Source: Phyllobates terribilis
Lineage: Eukaryota
NCBI RefSeq assembly: GCF_046119375.1
Contig: NW_027362768.1
Coordinates: 29,698,001-29,762,000, forward strand
Length of the DNA: 64,000 nt
Reading direction: 5' to 3'
This document shows, one piece after another, positions 1-12,119 of this stretch. The position numbers and the translations under genes were made by a program. The notes under the pieces are model-generated. The model was not told the origin of the DNA. It ran no database searches and saw nothing but the letters and a program-made list of their open reading frames with translations. How positions within the stretch are numbered: the stretch's first letter is position 1; each line of letters starts with the position of its first letter.

Positions 1-130
1 TTCTTCTGTTCCATTCCCTTACCTTCACACCTTAAAATATTTGCTTTTATAATGACTACATTCATAATAAACCAAGAAACACCAACTCCACCCACATTCC
101 TAATTAAATATTCAGCGTTGCTGTAAGCAC

Positions 131-411
131 CAGGGCTGTGGAATCGGCAAGCCAAAGCTCCCACTCCTCAATTTCCATGACACCAACTCCACGACTCCTT
201 CATACATGGCTCATGTGTAAGTGATACATTTACTGTAGCACAGATTCATCTCAGCTAAAAGTCTAGACCCTTAGATCAGGAATAGGACATGTCATAACTT
301 TCCCAAATTCTTATGAAAAAAAATATTCCCCACAAACTGCATTGAATTACTGTACCCAATTTATTATATATTTTAGGAGTCAATCCATGTTATACAGACT
401 CCACAGCCCTG
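131..411. mobile_element. hAT-type MITE, copy 1
   Basis: CAGGGCTGTGGA...ACTCCACAGCCCTG. 8-bp flanks gtaagcac/ctgagcac. Confidence 0.8.
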
Positions 412-646
412 CTGAGCACAATCATTTTTGTTACTATTATGCACTTCTACTAAATAAAATCTAAAAAGTTTCTTCCTGAGCTTTTCAGTAATTCTTTGGT
501 TCTATTTACTTACAAATTTTCTCTTCTTGATTCAGACTTGAAAGACTAAAGCTTTCATTGCTGCTTGCAGAAGGGGCTGGAGCCTCATACTCCATGCAAT
601 GTTGACCTATGAAGGAGCTGCTCCATGTGTTTGGACCTAATTAAAA

Positions 647-1046
647 AGGGAACCTGTCACTCAATTCATTCTTCCCAAACCATCGCGCAATGAGTCAGAG
701 CCCGGCTACCCGATTGCAACCAGTTGTATTTTTCTCTGAAACTCTCCGGCGTTCCAGAGGAAGCAGTTTGAAGTGCCGGCTGGGGACTATAAAGGAAAGA
801 CCATACTAGTCTGGCACCATCACCGGACAGCTTTTATCCACACTTCCATATGAAGACACCCATCACCTGGCGCGGCACTGGACCCGTATTGTCTCTCCTT
901 ATAGTGCCCAGCTGACTCTTGAAACAATTTTTCCTCTGAAACGCCGGAGAGTTTTATAGAAAAATACACCTGACTGCAATCGTGCAACCAGGCTCTGATT
1001 CATCCTACGATGGTTTAGACAGCAAGAATAAAGTGACAGGTTCCCT
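647..1046. mobile_element. T2/Kolobok-type MITE
   Basis: AGGGAACCTGTCAC / GTGACAGGTTCCCT TIRs, TTAA on the right side. Confidence 0.75.
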
Positions 1047-2271
1047 TTAATGTAAAAAGCATATTCCAAATTTTTCACAGCTGATCAGCACATCTCCTAC
1101 CCCCCTTGTTTATCCCCACCAGTCAGGAGGGATTTGTCTCTGGTTGTGAAACAGCCTCCCTTTCCATAATAGCGACACGTATCCCTTCTGAATTTCCCCC
1201 ATACACAGATTGCTCCTCTGTCATTTTACTCCAGGCTAGCTTTCCTGAAGGCTGAATACATGGCGACTTTGGTTGTGACGTGGCCTCCGGTGACGTGTAG
1301 AGCCAGCCTAAATCGTACATAAATGACACTTTTGAAGCGCCTAGCAATTTCATCGTGAATATTCACAAAAACTGAAGACCTTAGTGTTTCCATACTAAAT
1401 CCACGGTCTGGAATTAGCAATCTGCATTCCATTTTATAGGCAGTCATGTCACCTATTAAGGGAGTTTTTCTTCTTGCTGACCCCTTCAAATGGTTTCTAA
1501 GTTTGCACAAACTGGTCGACCCTGAGCTTGGGCTCCAATTTCCTGGTTGTGTAGGATGGCTTCTCTTCATTTAGTTTTTCAAACTATAATTTTACAATAA
1601 ACTATTTGCATTTGTTTAACAGTTCTGTTTTTGTGATTGGGGAAGGTAGGAGTGAATATCTTCCCGCATAAGGTAAATTATATTCAAAGCAGAGGCAGAC
1701 CAATAAAAAGCAATCGAATCATAGATCAAAATGTATTTTCTTAAAAACTGTTTACAATTAGACAATGACACAAAATTAAATGTTGTATTTGCATTCATAT
1801 CATTTTAGAAAAAAAACCCCACAAAAAGAGCCATTCTACCGAAATGTCAGCTAAGCCATGCACGTAGCGTCAGGAGGTAAACCACAACCTCACGAGTGCT
1901 GGGATGAGAAGAGTGACATGTTTAATGTCACTTACAAACTGGACCAGCAGGATTATTATGCCAGAAAAATAATTAAAACATCAGGGCATTGCCAAATACA
2001 GCCTGAACGTTTCAGGAACACTGAACTGATAAAAACGCAACAGTAACTGCATGAGAGCAGACAGCTTGGGCATATGTAGGGAAAGTTGCAGTATTGTCCA
2101 AAATACACGAGGTTCCCAAAAGGCACTTCCCTACATACAAGTGATATTGCAACTCTTTTCGTACAGAAGAAATAAAAAAAAAACATGAGTGCTAAAGAAC
2201 CAGGTGGGACTTTGAAATAGGAGAAAGGGAGAAAAAAAAAAAGGATTCAATGTGATCCATTTGTTGAAATA

Positions 2272-3022
2272 TTACAGACTATCATCTTTGACTCTTTGCT
2301 TTTCTTCATTGTCAGAACTGTGGCGGTCATGGTCCTTGCTCTCGTGCTCACGCTTATGGCCTCGGTCTTTACTCCGGCTTCTCTTCCGCGGCCTCTCCCT
2401 GCTTGAGCTGCGCTCTCTCTTTCGGGACTTTTCAGCACTGTCTGTCCGCCCACGACTACTGCTTCTGCTATGTTTGTTTGACTTCTCTTTTTGTCTGTTT
2501 GACTTTTCTTTGCTTCGGCTTCTCCCTCGAGCATTTCTGCTAGGGCTCCGGCTCTTTCTCTGTTTACGGTCTTTGCTCCTACTTCTGCTGTGTCGTCTTT
2601 CCTTACGCAATTCTCTGTCTTCCCTGTGCCGTCTGTCCTCTCTGTCCTTCCTCTCCTCACTCCTCTTGCGCTCTTTTGAACGCTCTCGGGGTCTATCCGT
2701 ATCCTTTTCCCTGCCATTGCCCTTTTTATCGTGTTCCCTCTTTCTGCTCCTCTCATTTTCTTTTTCTCTGTCCTTGTCTCTCCGGTCTGTCTTGCGGTCT
2801 CTGCTACGACTCCTTGTCCTGTGCCTCTCTCTGCTTTTACTTCTCCTACGCTCATTGCTTCGTGATCTCCGTTTGTCTTTGGACTCACGTTCTACCCGCT
2901 GCCGTTCTCGCTCTCTCTCTAGTTCCCTATCGAAACTTGATGTTCCATGATGTTCCCTGTGATGGCTTCTACTCCTTGATCTCCTAGGAGACCTTCGTGG
3001 ACTTGCGGACCTTTTCGGAGAC
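2272..3022 (-). CDS. PRPF38B: PRPF38B last coding exon, RS/RE-rich domain, stop TAA at 2274-2272
   Basis: SPRRSRSRSHHREHHGTSSFDRELERE... Acceptor ttgtatag. The six exons sum to 1497 nt = 498 aa + stop, in frame throughout. Confidence 0.95.
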
Positions 3023-3171
3023 CTATACAAATGCAAATATAAGTTAGTTGAATTAAAAATATATATATATATTACAAAGCAAAATGTAATGTCCTTTGAG
3101 GATCAGTCTTCGATATGTTAAAGGGTACCCCTTCATCATATACATGAAGCCCAATATCGCAAGTGATGCTC

Positions 3172-3173
<2 letters not shown>

Positions 3174-3212
<39 letters not shown>
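3174..3212. repeat. (TA)n microsatellite in the last PRPF38B intron
   Basis: ~19 TA units. Confidence 0.95.
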
Positions 3213-3217
<5 letters not shown>

Positions 3218-3545
3218 CAGAAAAACCTGACCAGCACCTCCTAGTGTGAACTGGTGCCAGCTGCCGTAACTATAAAATATATCAAAAGACTGCAGCAGCA
3301 CTCCAAGATATGTCTTAACATGTCGTAATGGTTGATGGGCACACATGAATTGGCCAATTTATGCGCTAAAAACCTTCATTGCTTGTAAGTACTTGTTGCT
3401 AAGCAAAACAGTTTAGATCTAATATTTTCATTATATTTATAAAAAATGGAAAGATGGAAAGGCAGATATTTTAACTGCTAAAGACATTTATACTAGGTGT
3501 GATAAAGCTAGGGGAGTTAGTGGAAGGGTTTATTTTGAAAGTCAC

Positions 3546-3769
3546 CTTGACCGTCTCCTCTCAACGTGTCGCTGAACGTCTTCTGCTTCCTCAGCACTCT
3601 CTTTCTTGACCTTTCTCGGTCTGGTTTTGATTTGTTGGTCTATGTGCTTTTGCACTGGAACAGGGATCCTTGGAAACAGCGTAGAGAACCACTCCAGCTT
3701 TGTAAGGAATGAACGTAACATCTCTCCTATTGTCATTATACAGCCTCCGCCAGCTTTCACATCCAAGTC
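3546..3769 (-). CDS. PRPF38B: PRPF38B coding exon 5 (DLDVKAGGGC...HVERRRSR), 224 nt
   Basis: Contains LEWFSTLFPRIPVPVQK, the PRP38 C-terminal motif. Acceptor ttttcag, donor AG|GTGACT. Confidence 0.96.
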
Positions 3770-4251
3770 CTGAAAAATTAGCGGAACAAAAAGGCAAAGG
3801 GGAAGAATCTTGTAAAACAGCATCTTGCATATATGAAAAAGTCACAAAGCCATAAGTTCATACTGGAGGTATCTAGTCTTGGATGCATCCATGTGTGTTA
3901 GTGATCCTAATAGCACATGGAGCGGTGCACTACTAGCACTCATTTTTCTAGATTTCCTACAAGATAATAGCTGGGCTGGATTCCTCTATTACATAAGAAC
4001 ACAGGCGCTAACAAAAACAGGTCCACTTTCTAAGATTTGGACTTTCAACTTTACACAAGCCTATAAAGTGTGTAGAGATGAATACGACTAATATTAAATA
4101 CACATAACTGTGAAGTTCCACATGCATTCTGAGGGCATTATAAGACAGGTGTGGACATATCAATTTATCCCCAAATTTCCCTCACTTTCATTTCATGTGA
4201 GCCCTGAGCATATTTAAAGGCGAATCTTCAGGTAAAACTTCTGGCACTCAC

Positions 4252-4307
4252 ACACATGCATGTGTTCAGTTTAATTTCGCCCCATACAATTGGTGCAGCA
4301 CAAAGAT
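4252..4307 (-). other. PRPF38B: Candidate 56-nt poison (PTC-containing) cassette exon in PRPF38B intron 4
   Basis: Branch point GCTAAC, then CTGCTCTTTTTTCCTCTAG acceptor. Donor TGT|GTGAGT. In-frame TGA at 4268-4266 after IFVLHQLYGAKLN. Confidence 0.6.
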
Positions 4308-5476
4308 CTAGAGGAAAAAAGAGCAGGTTAGCAGAAGTAAATCAGATATGCCATATTGTAAACCAATTTGGGGCATGGAAAGTTCTTCATAGCAGAAACA
4401 GGAGAAATCTTCCAAAGAAGCAACTACACTGAACCATCTTAGAGACATTGTCATGTGTAAAGTAACAGTGTCCTATAAAACGACGTCTGCAAAGCCGTCT
4501 GGCTACTCATATACAGGGCTAATCGGCAGGTAAATAGCTGTCTTACTCAAAGTGTGGCTAACTGGTGAAAATTAACTTATTTCCTGCTGGGAGCCGATGG
4601 CTTTCAGTCATAGGGGCATAGCGGGAGCTTGTCCCAGGAGGAAAAAAAAATCCTTTTCACTCGATAGCTGCAATTTCAGTAAGATGGTCAGACAGCATTG
4701 TAACGCTATTTGCCTGCAGATTATCCCAACATTTGAAGATATAGCAAACCTGTCAGCTCAGAAAACTCTAACAATTAGCAAAACTTTGCACTAAAGGAGC
4801 AACAGACTTCATATATTTTATATATAATTATTTTTATGATCAAAAATGCAAACAATCCCTACCACAAAATGTTTAAAGTAAAATGAATTCACAATTCTAA
4901 TAGCAAAAGATCAGAAGTGATCGTCTGTAAGTAACCTACAGACATGGAGAGTGTTGTGCCGTGTGGTGTCTTCTCATCTGGATGTAGGCGTCTTATCTAT
5001 TCCCCAAATTATCGATGAACCTGAATGGGGAGGTGGTTGAGCATGCATCCTGCTGCGTGCGTCACACATACTGCACATGTTCTTGTGAAAATACAGTGCA
5101 GATTTAAAAAAAAAAACAAAAAACAAACACTCTTCTACATTCTGCCAAATTATTTCATTTTTTAGTCAAACAATAGCTGATTCAACAAAAATATTAAAGA
5201 ATCACTCCACATCTGCCATCACATTACTCCAAACAGTAGATTGGTGGGGGTGTGCAGGGTGTAAGACCACCATGGATCTGAAATTGATGATCTGCCCTAC
5301 GAAGAGGTCATCAATAATTTAAGGCTGGGAAAATTCATTAAGGAAAAATACTGTATCACAATCTAAACGCCAGAGACCTATGAACGATATATGGTGCCAA
5401 CAACAGCCTGTTTCTGCATCAGCATGCACAATTGAAAGCTGTACAAATGAAAATTGAATTACCCTTGTTGACATAC

Positions 5477-5537
5477 CTCTTCGTCATCAAGAAAGTCTTC
5501 ATACCAGTCCCATAAGTCGGTAGGGGGTTGTGTGTAC
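5477..5537 (-). CDS. PRPF38B: PRPF38B coding exon 4 (YTQPPTDLWDWYEDFLDDEE), 61 nt
   Basis: Manual translation. Acceptor ttccatttcccag, donor GAG|GTATGT. Phases match the neighbouring exons. Confidence 0.95.
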
Positions 5538-5639
5538 CTGGGAAATGGAAAGACAATATTCATCCAACAGAAACAAACATAATAATGGATGCTTTAAAAA
5601 CCTGAATCAAAAATACGTACGTACGTGCGTGCGCACACA

Positions 5640-5909
5640 CAGGGCTGTGGAGTCGGTAAGCCAAACCTCCGACACAGACTCCCTCATACATGGCTCATGG
5701 TTAAGTGATAAATTTACTGCAGCACAGATTCATCTCAGCTAAAAGTCTAGACCCTTAGATCAGGAATAGGGCAGACATTTATAGGACATTTCATAACTTT
5801 CCCAAATTCTTATGAAAAGAATATTCCCAGCAAACTTCATTGAACTACTGTACCCAATTTGTTATATATTTTAGGAGTTGGTCCATTTTATACCGACTCC
5901 ACAGCCCTG
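5640..5909. mobile_element. hAT-type MITE, copy 2
   Basis: Same TIR and body. Flanks cgcacaca/catacaca. Confidence 0.8.
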
Positions 5910-6134
5910 CATACACACCACAGATTTCATATATGCAGTGGGATTTATAGAAATGTACCATCAATGTGTCTTTGATAGTTATTCTCAGCAGTGTCATATC
6001 CCACAGAATAAAGTCTATGCAATAGTGAAATATACTGCAAAAACATGATCACCATCTCCCCTGAATGCTCAACTATTTTATAGTATTCTGTAATAAAAAT
6101 AACATTTTCATAAAAAAAAAAAAAACTCACTTAC

Positions 6135-6286
6135 CTTATATACATGAACCCAAGTGCCCTAATGTACGGGGAGTCTGTGTGTGTGATAAGCCCCATTACT
6201 TGCTTTCTTGTCAGCTTCAGGGTGAACAGTTTATAGAGGAGACAGAATGCCGTTGATACAATGCCGCCTGTGCCAACACCACGTAC
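6135..6286 (-). CDS. PRPF38B: PRPF38B coding exon 3 (VRGVGTGGIVSTAFCLLYK...GFMYIR), 152 nt
   Basis: PRP38-domain sequence inside ORF 6131..6394. Acceptor cggcag, donor AG|GTAAGT (phase 2). Confidence 0.96.
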
Positions 6287-6459
6287 CTGCCGAGACAACA
6301 GAAGGTTTCTGTAAGTCACATCTCTCCATGTATGTGAAGTAAACCGCAATATCACGAGTCCTGGAGCAGAGGCGAGGAGCCCCATGAGAGTCACCCTGCT
6401 GTACAGAAGGTGTACGCCTAACTTCTTTGATCAGATAAATAGTGAACATGAGTTTGTAC

Positions 6460-6746
6460 CAGGGCTGTGGAATCAGTCAGCCAAACCTCCGACTCCTCAA
6501 TTTCCATGACACCAACTCCACGACTCCCTCATACATGGCTCATGTGTAAGTGATACATTTACTGTTGCACAGATTCATCTCAGCTAAAAGTCTAGACCCT
6601 TAGATCAGGAATAGGACATTTCATAACTTTCCCAAATTCTTATGAAAAAAATATTCCCCACAAACTGCATTGAACTACTGTACCCAATTTATTCTATATT
6701 TTAGGAGTTGGGAGTCGGTCCATTTTAAACCGACTCCACAGCCCTG
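6460..6746. mobile_element. hAT-type MITE, copy 3
   Basis: Same TIR and body. Perfect 8-bp TSD GTTTGTAC. Confidence 0.88.
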
Positions 6747-6943
6747 GTTTGTACACCGAAAGGCACATTTACCAGATCTTGAGCAACAATATTTTATTCT
6801 TCTCCCTAAAAATAATTCCATTCCAATAAAAAGAAAGGTTTTGATCAAATGAATAAATGCAAAAACCTATGTTGTGGGGTGAAAATTTCTTATATACCTC
6901 AGTGGAAAACACCAAGAATGGGAAGGCACGTACTTGTACTTAC

Positions 6944-7012
6944 CCCCCCGCACATCCCGGTTTGTCCAGCAGTTTTCCGACTTCCTTTCTCCCAAGGCTC
7001 AACATGATTTAC
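6944..7012 (-). CDS. PRPF38B: PRPF38B coding exon 2 (VNHVEPWEKGSRKTAGQTGMCGG), 69 nt
   Basis: Manual translation. Acceptor tcttctag and donor GGG|GTAAGT, phase 0/0. Not in the ORF track. Confidence 0.95.
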
Positions 7013-10000
7013 CTAGAAGAGTGAATGAGTGGGATTATTACAACGTCTTACATGTAGATACAACTCCGCTACTATCTACTGAGAAATCCTAACAAAGCAG
7101 ACAATAAAGGGATGTCAATATCTTGGAAGAAAAACTATTTCAGGGCCCAGTTATAGGGATCATCAGAACTATGTAACACAGGATTAGCAGATTTAGGGCA
7201 GTCACCAAGGGCCTCCCAGCCTTTTCCACAAAGGGTTGTACCCTTACAGGGTTGTCTCCCCTCTCCACATGCCTGAAAGGGGCATACAAATGCCATAAAG
7301 GATATTGGATCCCAGCTAAGGAATCCAGTCTATTATCTTTGCAGGAACAGCTCCAGTTCTTGAAGACAAAACTTTGAGTTGCAACTGCAAATTCAGCTAT
7401 GTGCCAGAGGTACCAGGTATCTCCTGAGATGCGGACTTCTACCTCTGTATATATATTTCAGTCCTATATACTGTTGCTATTGGAACAATTAATGAAATCC
7501 AAATGTTCCATAGCCTGTCCCCATCTTGCTCTTTCCTTCCGCTTGTATAAATTATAGACAGATAGGGATTTTGTATACAGGATACATTTAGCTTAAAATA
7601 ATTTGGTGTGGGGACTTCAGCTACTCTATATAAGTTTCCATGTAAGGCACATAGTATCTAATAGACATAAAATATAAATATTTAGTGACAAAATGCATAA
7701 TGGGTGGAGAGAATTTGAACTTGATGGAAATAGGTGTTTTTTCAACTGATGTAAAAATGATTTTAGTTTTTTTATATTCACATTTCTTTTCCAGGTTTTT
7801 CTGGTATCACTAGTACACTGGTAGGCCTAGTAGCTGCTGAACCACTGACACAGATGTACAGTATTTCTTATGCCTCCCACGACAAGCAGATGACAATGTG
7901 TTCTTCATAACCAGAAAAACAAGATGTACATGCAGCGACTCCACTGCCAAAATCAGCAATGGAAAAAGATCCTGTTTTCACGCAACTAATGGTCTGTATA
8001 ACAACAACCTATTAAATATAGAGGTGGCCAGTAAGAAACACTTCACAGTAGGCAACTAGAGAAACAATACTAACATTTCTGGGACTTTTTTTCCTCATAC
8101 ATTAGATGGTTTTTATTCTCTGGACATCTAACAAGTAATTAGGATAGGTCATCAATGATGAATCAGTGGGGATTGGACACCTGGCACCACACTGATCGGA
8201 TGTCATTAGCTCCGGACAGATGGAAACTTTGATTAGACATTACCCCACAGCTTAGTACAATGTGTAGAGGCCATTGCTGAGAACTGCACATTCGCTCCTA
8301 TTCAAAACAACAGGAACTGATCTGCAGCTCAGTAGCGGCTGCGATCTATTGATCGGAGCTGTGCTGCTCAGCCAGAGCTAATCACTAGGGATGAGTGAAA
8401 CCGAACTGTAAAGTTTGGGGTTGGTACCGGACACCGAAAGACCAGTGCTGAACTCCGAACACGGACTTCTCCAGGTCTGTTTTACAGTTCGGGGAGAGAC
8501 TTTCCAGCTCCAAAGTTCAAGTCCCCGTTAATTTCTATGGAGTTCAGGCTCAGGTTCTGGTACCCGAACTTTGGACCAAGGTTCAGTTGAACTTGATGAA
8601 CCAGAACATCCACGGATCTGTTCACTCCTACTAATCACTTCTGATAATGGGGGTGCCAGGATCTGATATTGATATAATGATGACTTCTCCTAAAAACGGG
8701 TAATAAATATTTGGATGCCTGGACATCCCTTTTAAATCTGCTGTTGCCAACTCCCTGTACTTCAGGTAGAGAGCACATGAAGACATTTAAAGTAAAACAA
8801 TATTGAATGGATATTAAAAAAGGTACGCACCAAAATATACAGTTCGAAAAAAATAAAAACACACGCATAGATTCACGTGTATACATGAATATGCCCAGGC
8901 ATCATCACCACTTGAATATAACAGGCTGAATAATTCTCTAGGACCCCATCTTTTCTACATCCAAAAACATGGAAAAATTAATACAATCCAGAGAGTAACA
9001 CAAATCGCTGTGTTTTTATGCTCAGAAACAATGTGCTTAGGGATTATACAGCGGTGCACTGCCTAGGACATACACCTTCCAGGGTATTCGTACACCATCG
9101 TACTACTCCATCTAAGGGTCCATTTACACAGCCAGACCGGCAGCACGATAAGAACGGCGGTTGTGTAATATCCTGTTTACACTGGCAGACCAAAGTAACC
9201 GATGAGCACCGGTCGATCAGATTGCTCATGCACATAGGCTGCCATTTTCCTCAGCAGCACAAGTCCCATTTACACAAGACGATGCACGGTCGAGAACGAT
9301 TTCACCTGATGGACGAGCGTTTACTTCACAAGATAATCATTAAACGAGCGTGTTTAAGAACACCCATACACAATTATCTTGTGGGGTACGTGCAGCTCTA
9401 GCGTTTACATGGGATAAATTGTAAGAACTCAATGGGGCAGATACATCAAGCCTTCCGCAATGTGCTATGCCTGTCTTCCTTCAGTACAAGGCTCCACATT
9501 CATTAAGAAGCGAACCACTTAATGAATTTGGCACTTTTAAGTGGCATGTGCCCCTGTGAGCCACGCTAGAAATGCTTCCCCAGGAGGGTACTAGAGTAGC
9601 CTTTCTGCAGAGTAAAACGACACTTTTGATGAGAATATCCCCAGAGGGATTGTTTGTTCGTCACTTGGTGTCACAGAACACGTGTAGCCAAGGAGAATGA
9701 CTTTAATAAAAATATGGAGTAATGTGGGTACAGAGGAGGCTGATTACGATTGTTCAACCAGCAACATCCTTTAATCCAATGTCTATGGGGTCTTTAACTG
9801 ATAACAGCATAATGTAGGAAGAGAGACGGATTCCAGCAATGTGTCACTTACTGGGCTGATTGCTGTTGTTTTTATACAATTACTGTTCTATCATCAGCAG
9901 ATTATCACTAGAGGACTAGCAAACCTGATTCCATGTAGACCTCCATATTCATGAGTTTTGAATAAACCCGCTGATTGCCAGATGTGTGTATACTGTGCAT

Positions 10001-10110
10001 AGGCAGAAAGCTGCCAATCTATTATCACCTGCTGATTGGCAGCTTTCTGTGTACAGAGTAAACAAAGAGCGACTGCAGACTTTTGTTCCAAGTCCAGACA
10101 ACACCATTAA

Positions 10111-10498
10111 AGCACCACTTCAGCTGGGTTTTTTTTTAGCGCTGGAGGGGCGCTTTAAATGTAAGCCCCCGTTCTTATACTCACCCTTCGGCTTCTCCCC
10201 CGTTTTTCAGCACTATCTTTTGACAGTACCTGAGTGGCCGAAGTCAGAAATTAAGTCACAAGCTCTCAATACAAGTCTATGAGAGCCGGAACGAGGCTCT
10301 CATAGCGATGTATTGAATAGTGACCTCCGTGCAGCTCCATGAAACACTGGAGCTGCAAGCAGGTCACTTTTCGCCGGAGACCAACAGGAGCGGCGGCAAA
10401 AACCGATGAAAACACCGGAGGGTGAGTATCAAATAGGGGACTTACATTTAAAGCATCACTCCAGTGGTGCAATAAAAAAAAAATGCTGGTGTGGTGCT
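10111..10498. mobile_element. T2/Kolobok-type MITE
   Basis: TTAA-AGCACCAC ... GTGGTGCT-TTAA. Confidence 0.7.
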
Positions 10499-11229
10499 TT
10501 AAAATCAATCATTACTATTGATAGAAGCTGTGGGAGAGAGGACATCACTCACATCTATCACCGCCCCCTTCAGAGAAACAAGCTGCGGGCCAGCGGCGAG
10601 AGAAGACGTGCGCCAGTGCTGTGGTCACCTCTCCCACAGCTTTTATCAGCGCTATTCATTGTGGACAGCATCAGAGGGCGGCGATGAAACCAGCTGTGGT
10701 AGGAGATCGCTGTGCTGCCCCCTGATGACGTCCTGTTCCTAGCCAGGTGGACCGGAGGGAGAAGTGACTGCAGAGCTATCCTCCTGATGACGTATACCAG
10801 TAAACAAAAGTCACAGAAAAAAAAAAGCAAAACCCCCAAATAAAAGAAAAAACAGGTACGGTTATTGGCTGTATAAGGAGAGCAGTAAAGTATTTTACAA
10901 TAAAGCAAATCACAAAAGTGGCTAGGGGTTGAAAATAGATTTTTATAAAGGGCTTTTTAGGTATCAGACCACCTCTTTAGTGAATCAAGGCCTTAGAATG
11001 CAATAGTAAAAGTAGTAATACCTTACCAACCGCCTCCCACTGGCTTATAGACATATGACCACTGTAGCCAATCACTGGCTGCAGCGGTCACATGTCCATA
11101 TCCATACATTAATAATAGAGAAGGAAGAGCAGAGAATGCTGGTGGGCACTGGAAGCGGTGAGGGAAACTTTAGAATTTTTCAGCATTTTAAGTAGTTCTT
11201 AAACATTTTTGGATGTTCAGATAATCATT

Positions 11230-11800
11230 AGATGTAATCGGGGAGAGGGGCACATAGCCCGGAGACCCCCCCGATAGACATGATCAGGGAGAGGGGCTCA
11301 TAGCCCGGAGACACCCCATCCCGATAGATGTGATCAGGGAGAGGGGCTCATAGCCCGGAGACCCCCGATAGATGTGATCAGGGAGGAGGGCTCATAGCCC
11401 GGAGACCCCCGATAGATGTGATCAGGGAGAGGGGCTCATACCCCGGAGACCCCCCCCCTGATAGATGTGATCAGGGAGAGGGGCTCACAGCCCGGAGACC
11501 CCCGATAGATGTGATCAGGGAGAGGGGCTCATAGCCCAGAGACCCCCTGTCCCGATAGATGTGATCAGGGAGAGGGGCTCACAGCCCGGAGACCCCCGAT
11601 AGATGTGATCAGGGAGAGGGGCTCATAGCCCGGAGACCCCCCCCCCCCGATAGATGTGATCAGGGAGAGGGGCTCATAGCCCGGAGACCCCCGATAGATG
11701 TGATCAGGGAGGAGGGCTCATAGCCCGGAGACACCCCGTCCCGATAGATGTGATCAGGGAGAGGGGCTCACAGCCTGGAGACCATGGATACTGCCAGCAC
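11230..11800. repeat. ~42-52-bp minisatellite, ~12 copies, in PRPF38B intron 1
   Basis: Unit GATAGATGTGATCAGGGAGAGGGGCTCATAGCCCGGAGAC(C)n with a variable C tract. Confidence 0.95.
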
Positions 11801-11879
11801 AGATCACGTGTCCTAGGAGCTCAGACACATGGAGGACTCCCGTCAGCCTGGCCCGCACCCAATGCCCCGCTCCACGTAC

Positions 11880-12119
11880 CTTAAAATAGATTTCGTCCAC
11901 CACCTCGTGGTAGGTCTTCAGCTCATACAGCTGCACCTTGAAATATGGAGAGGACAAGATGTTGGTCAGAATCATAGGGTTCAGATTCATAGTCTTTTCA
12001 TTGCCCCACAGCGGCAGTACATTCCCAGGCTTCCCAGAGGGCGCAGATTTGTTCCCACCACCACCTGTCTGAGTGGGTTGCGGGGTCCCCCCGAGGGCCA
12101 CCGCGTTGTTATTCGCCAT
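11880..12119 (-). CDS. PRPF38B: PRPF38B coding exon 1 (MANNNAVALGG...HEVVDEIYFK)
   Basis: ATG at 12119. Translation GNVLPLWGNEKTMNLNPMILTNILSSPYFKVQLYELKTYHEVVDEIYFK matches the recognised PRP38B N-terminus. Donor AAG|GTACGT at 11879. Confidence 0.96.

Noticed and set aside
1123-1570. 114-aa and 76-aa minus-strand ORFs downstream of PRPF38B
   Set aside because: No recognisable homology (they do not resemble FNDC7, the expected neighbour, as I recall it) and no convincing splice sites. Probably 3'UTR or intergenic.
2247-2987. 232-aa Leu/Ser-rich plus-strand ORF and 213-aa alternative-frame ORF
   Set aside because: Antisense and shifted-frame shadows of the low-complexity RS exon of PRPF38B.
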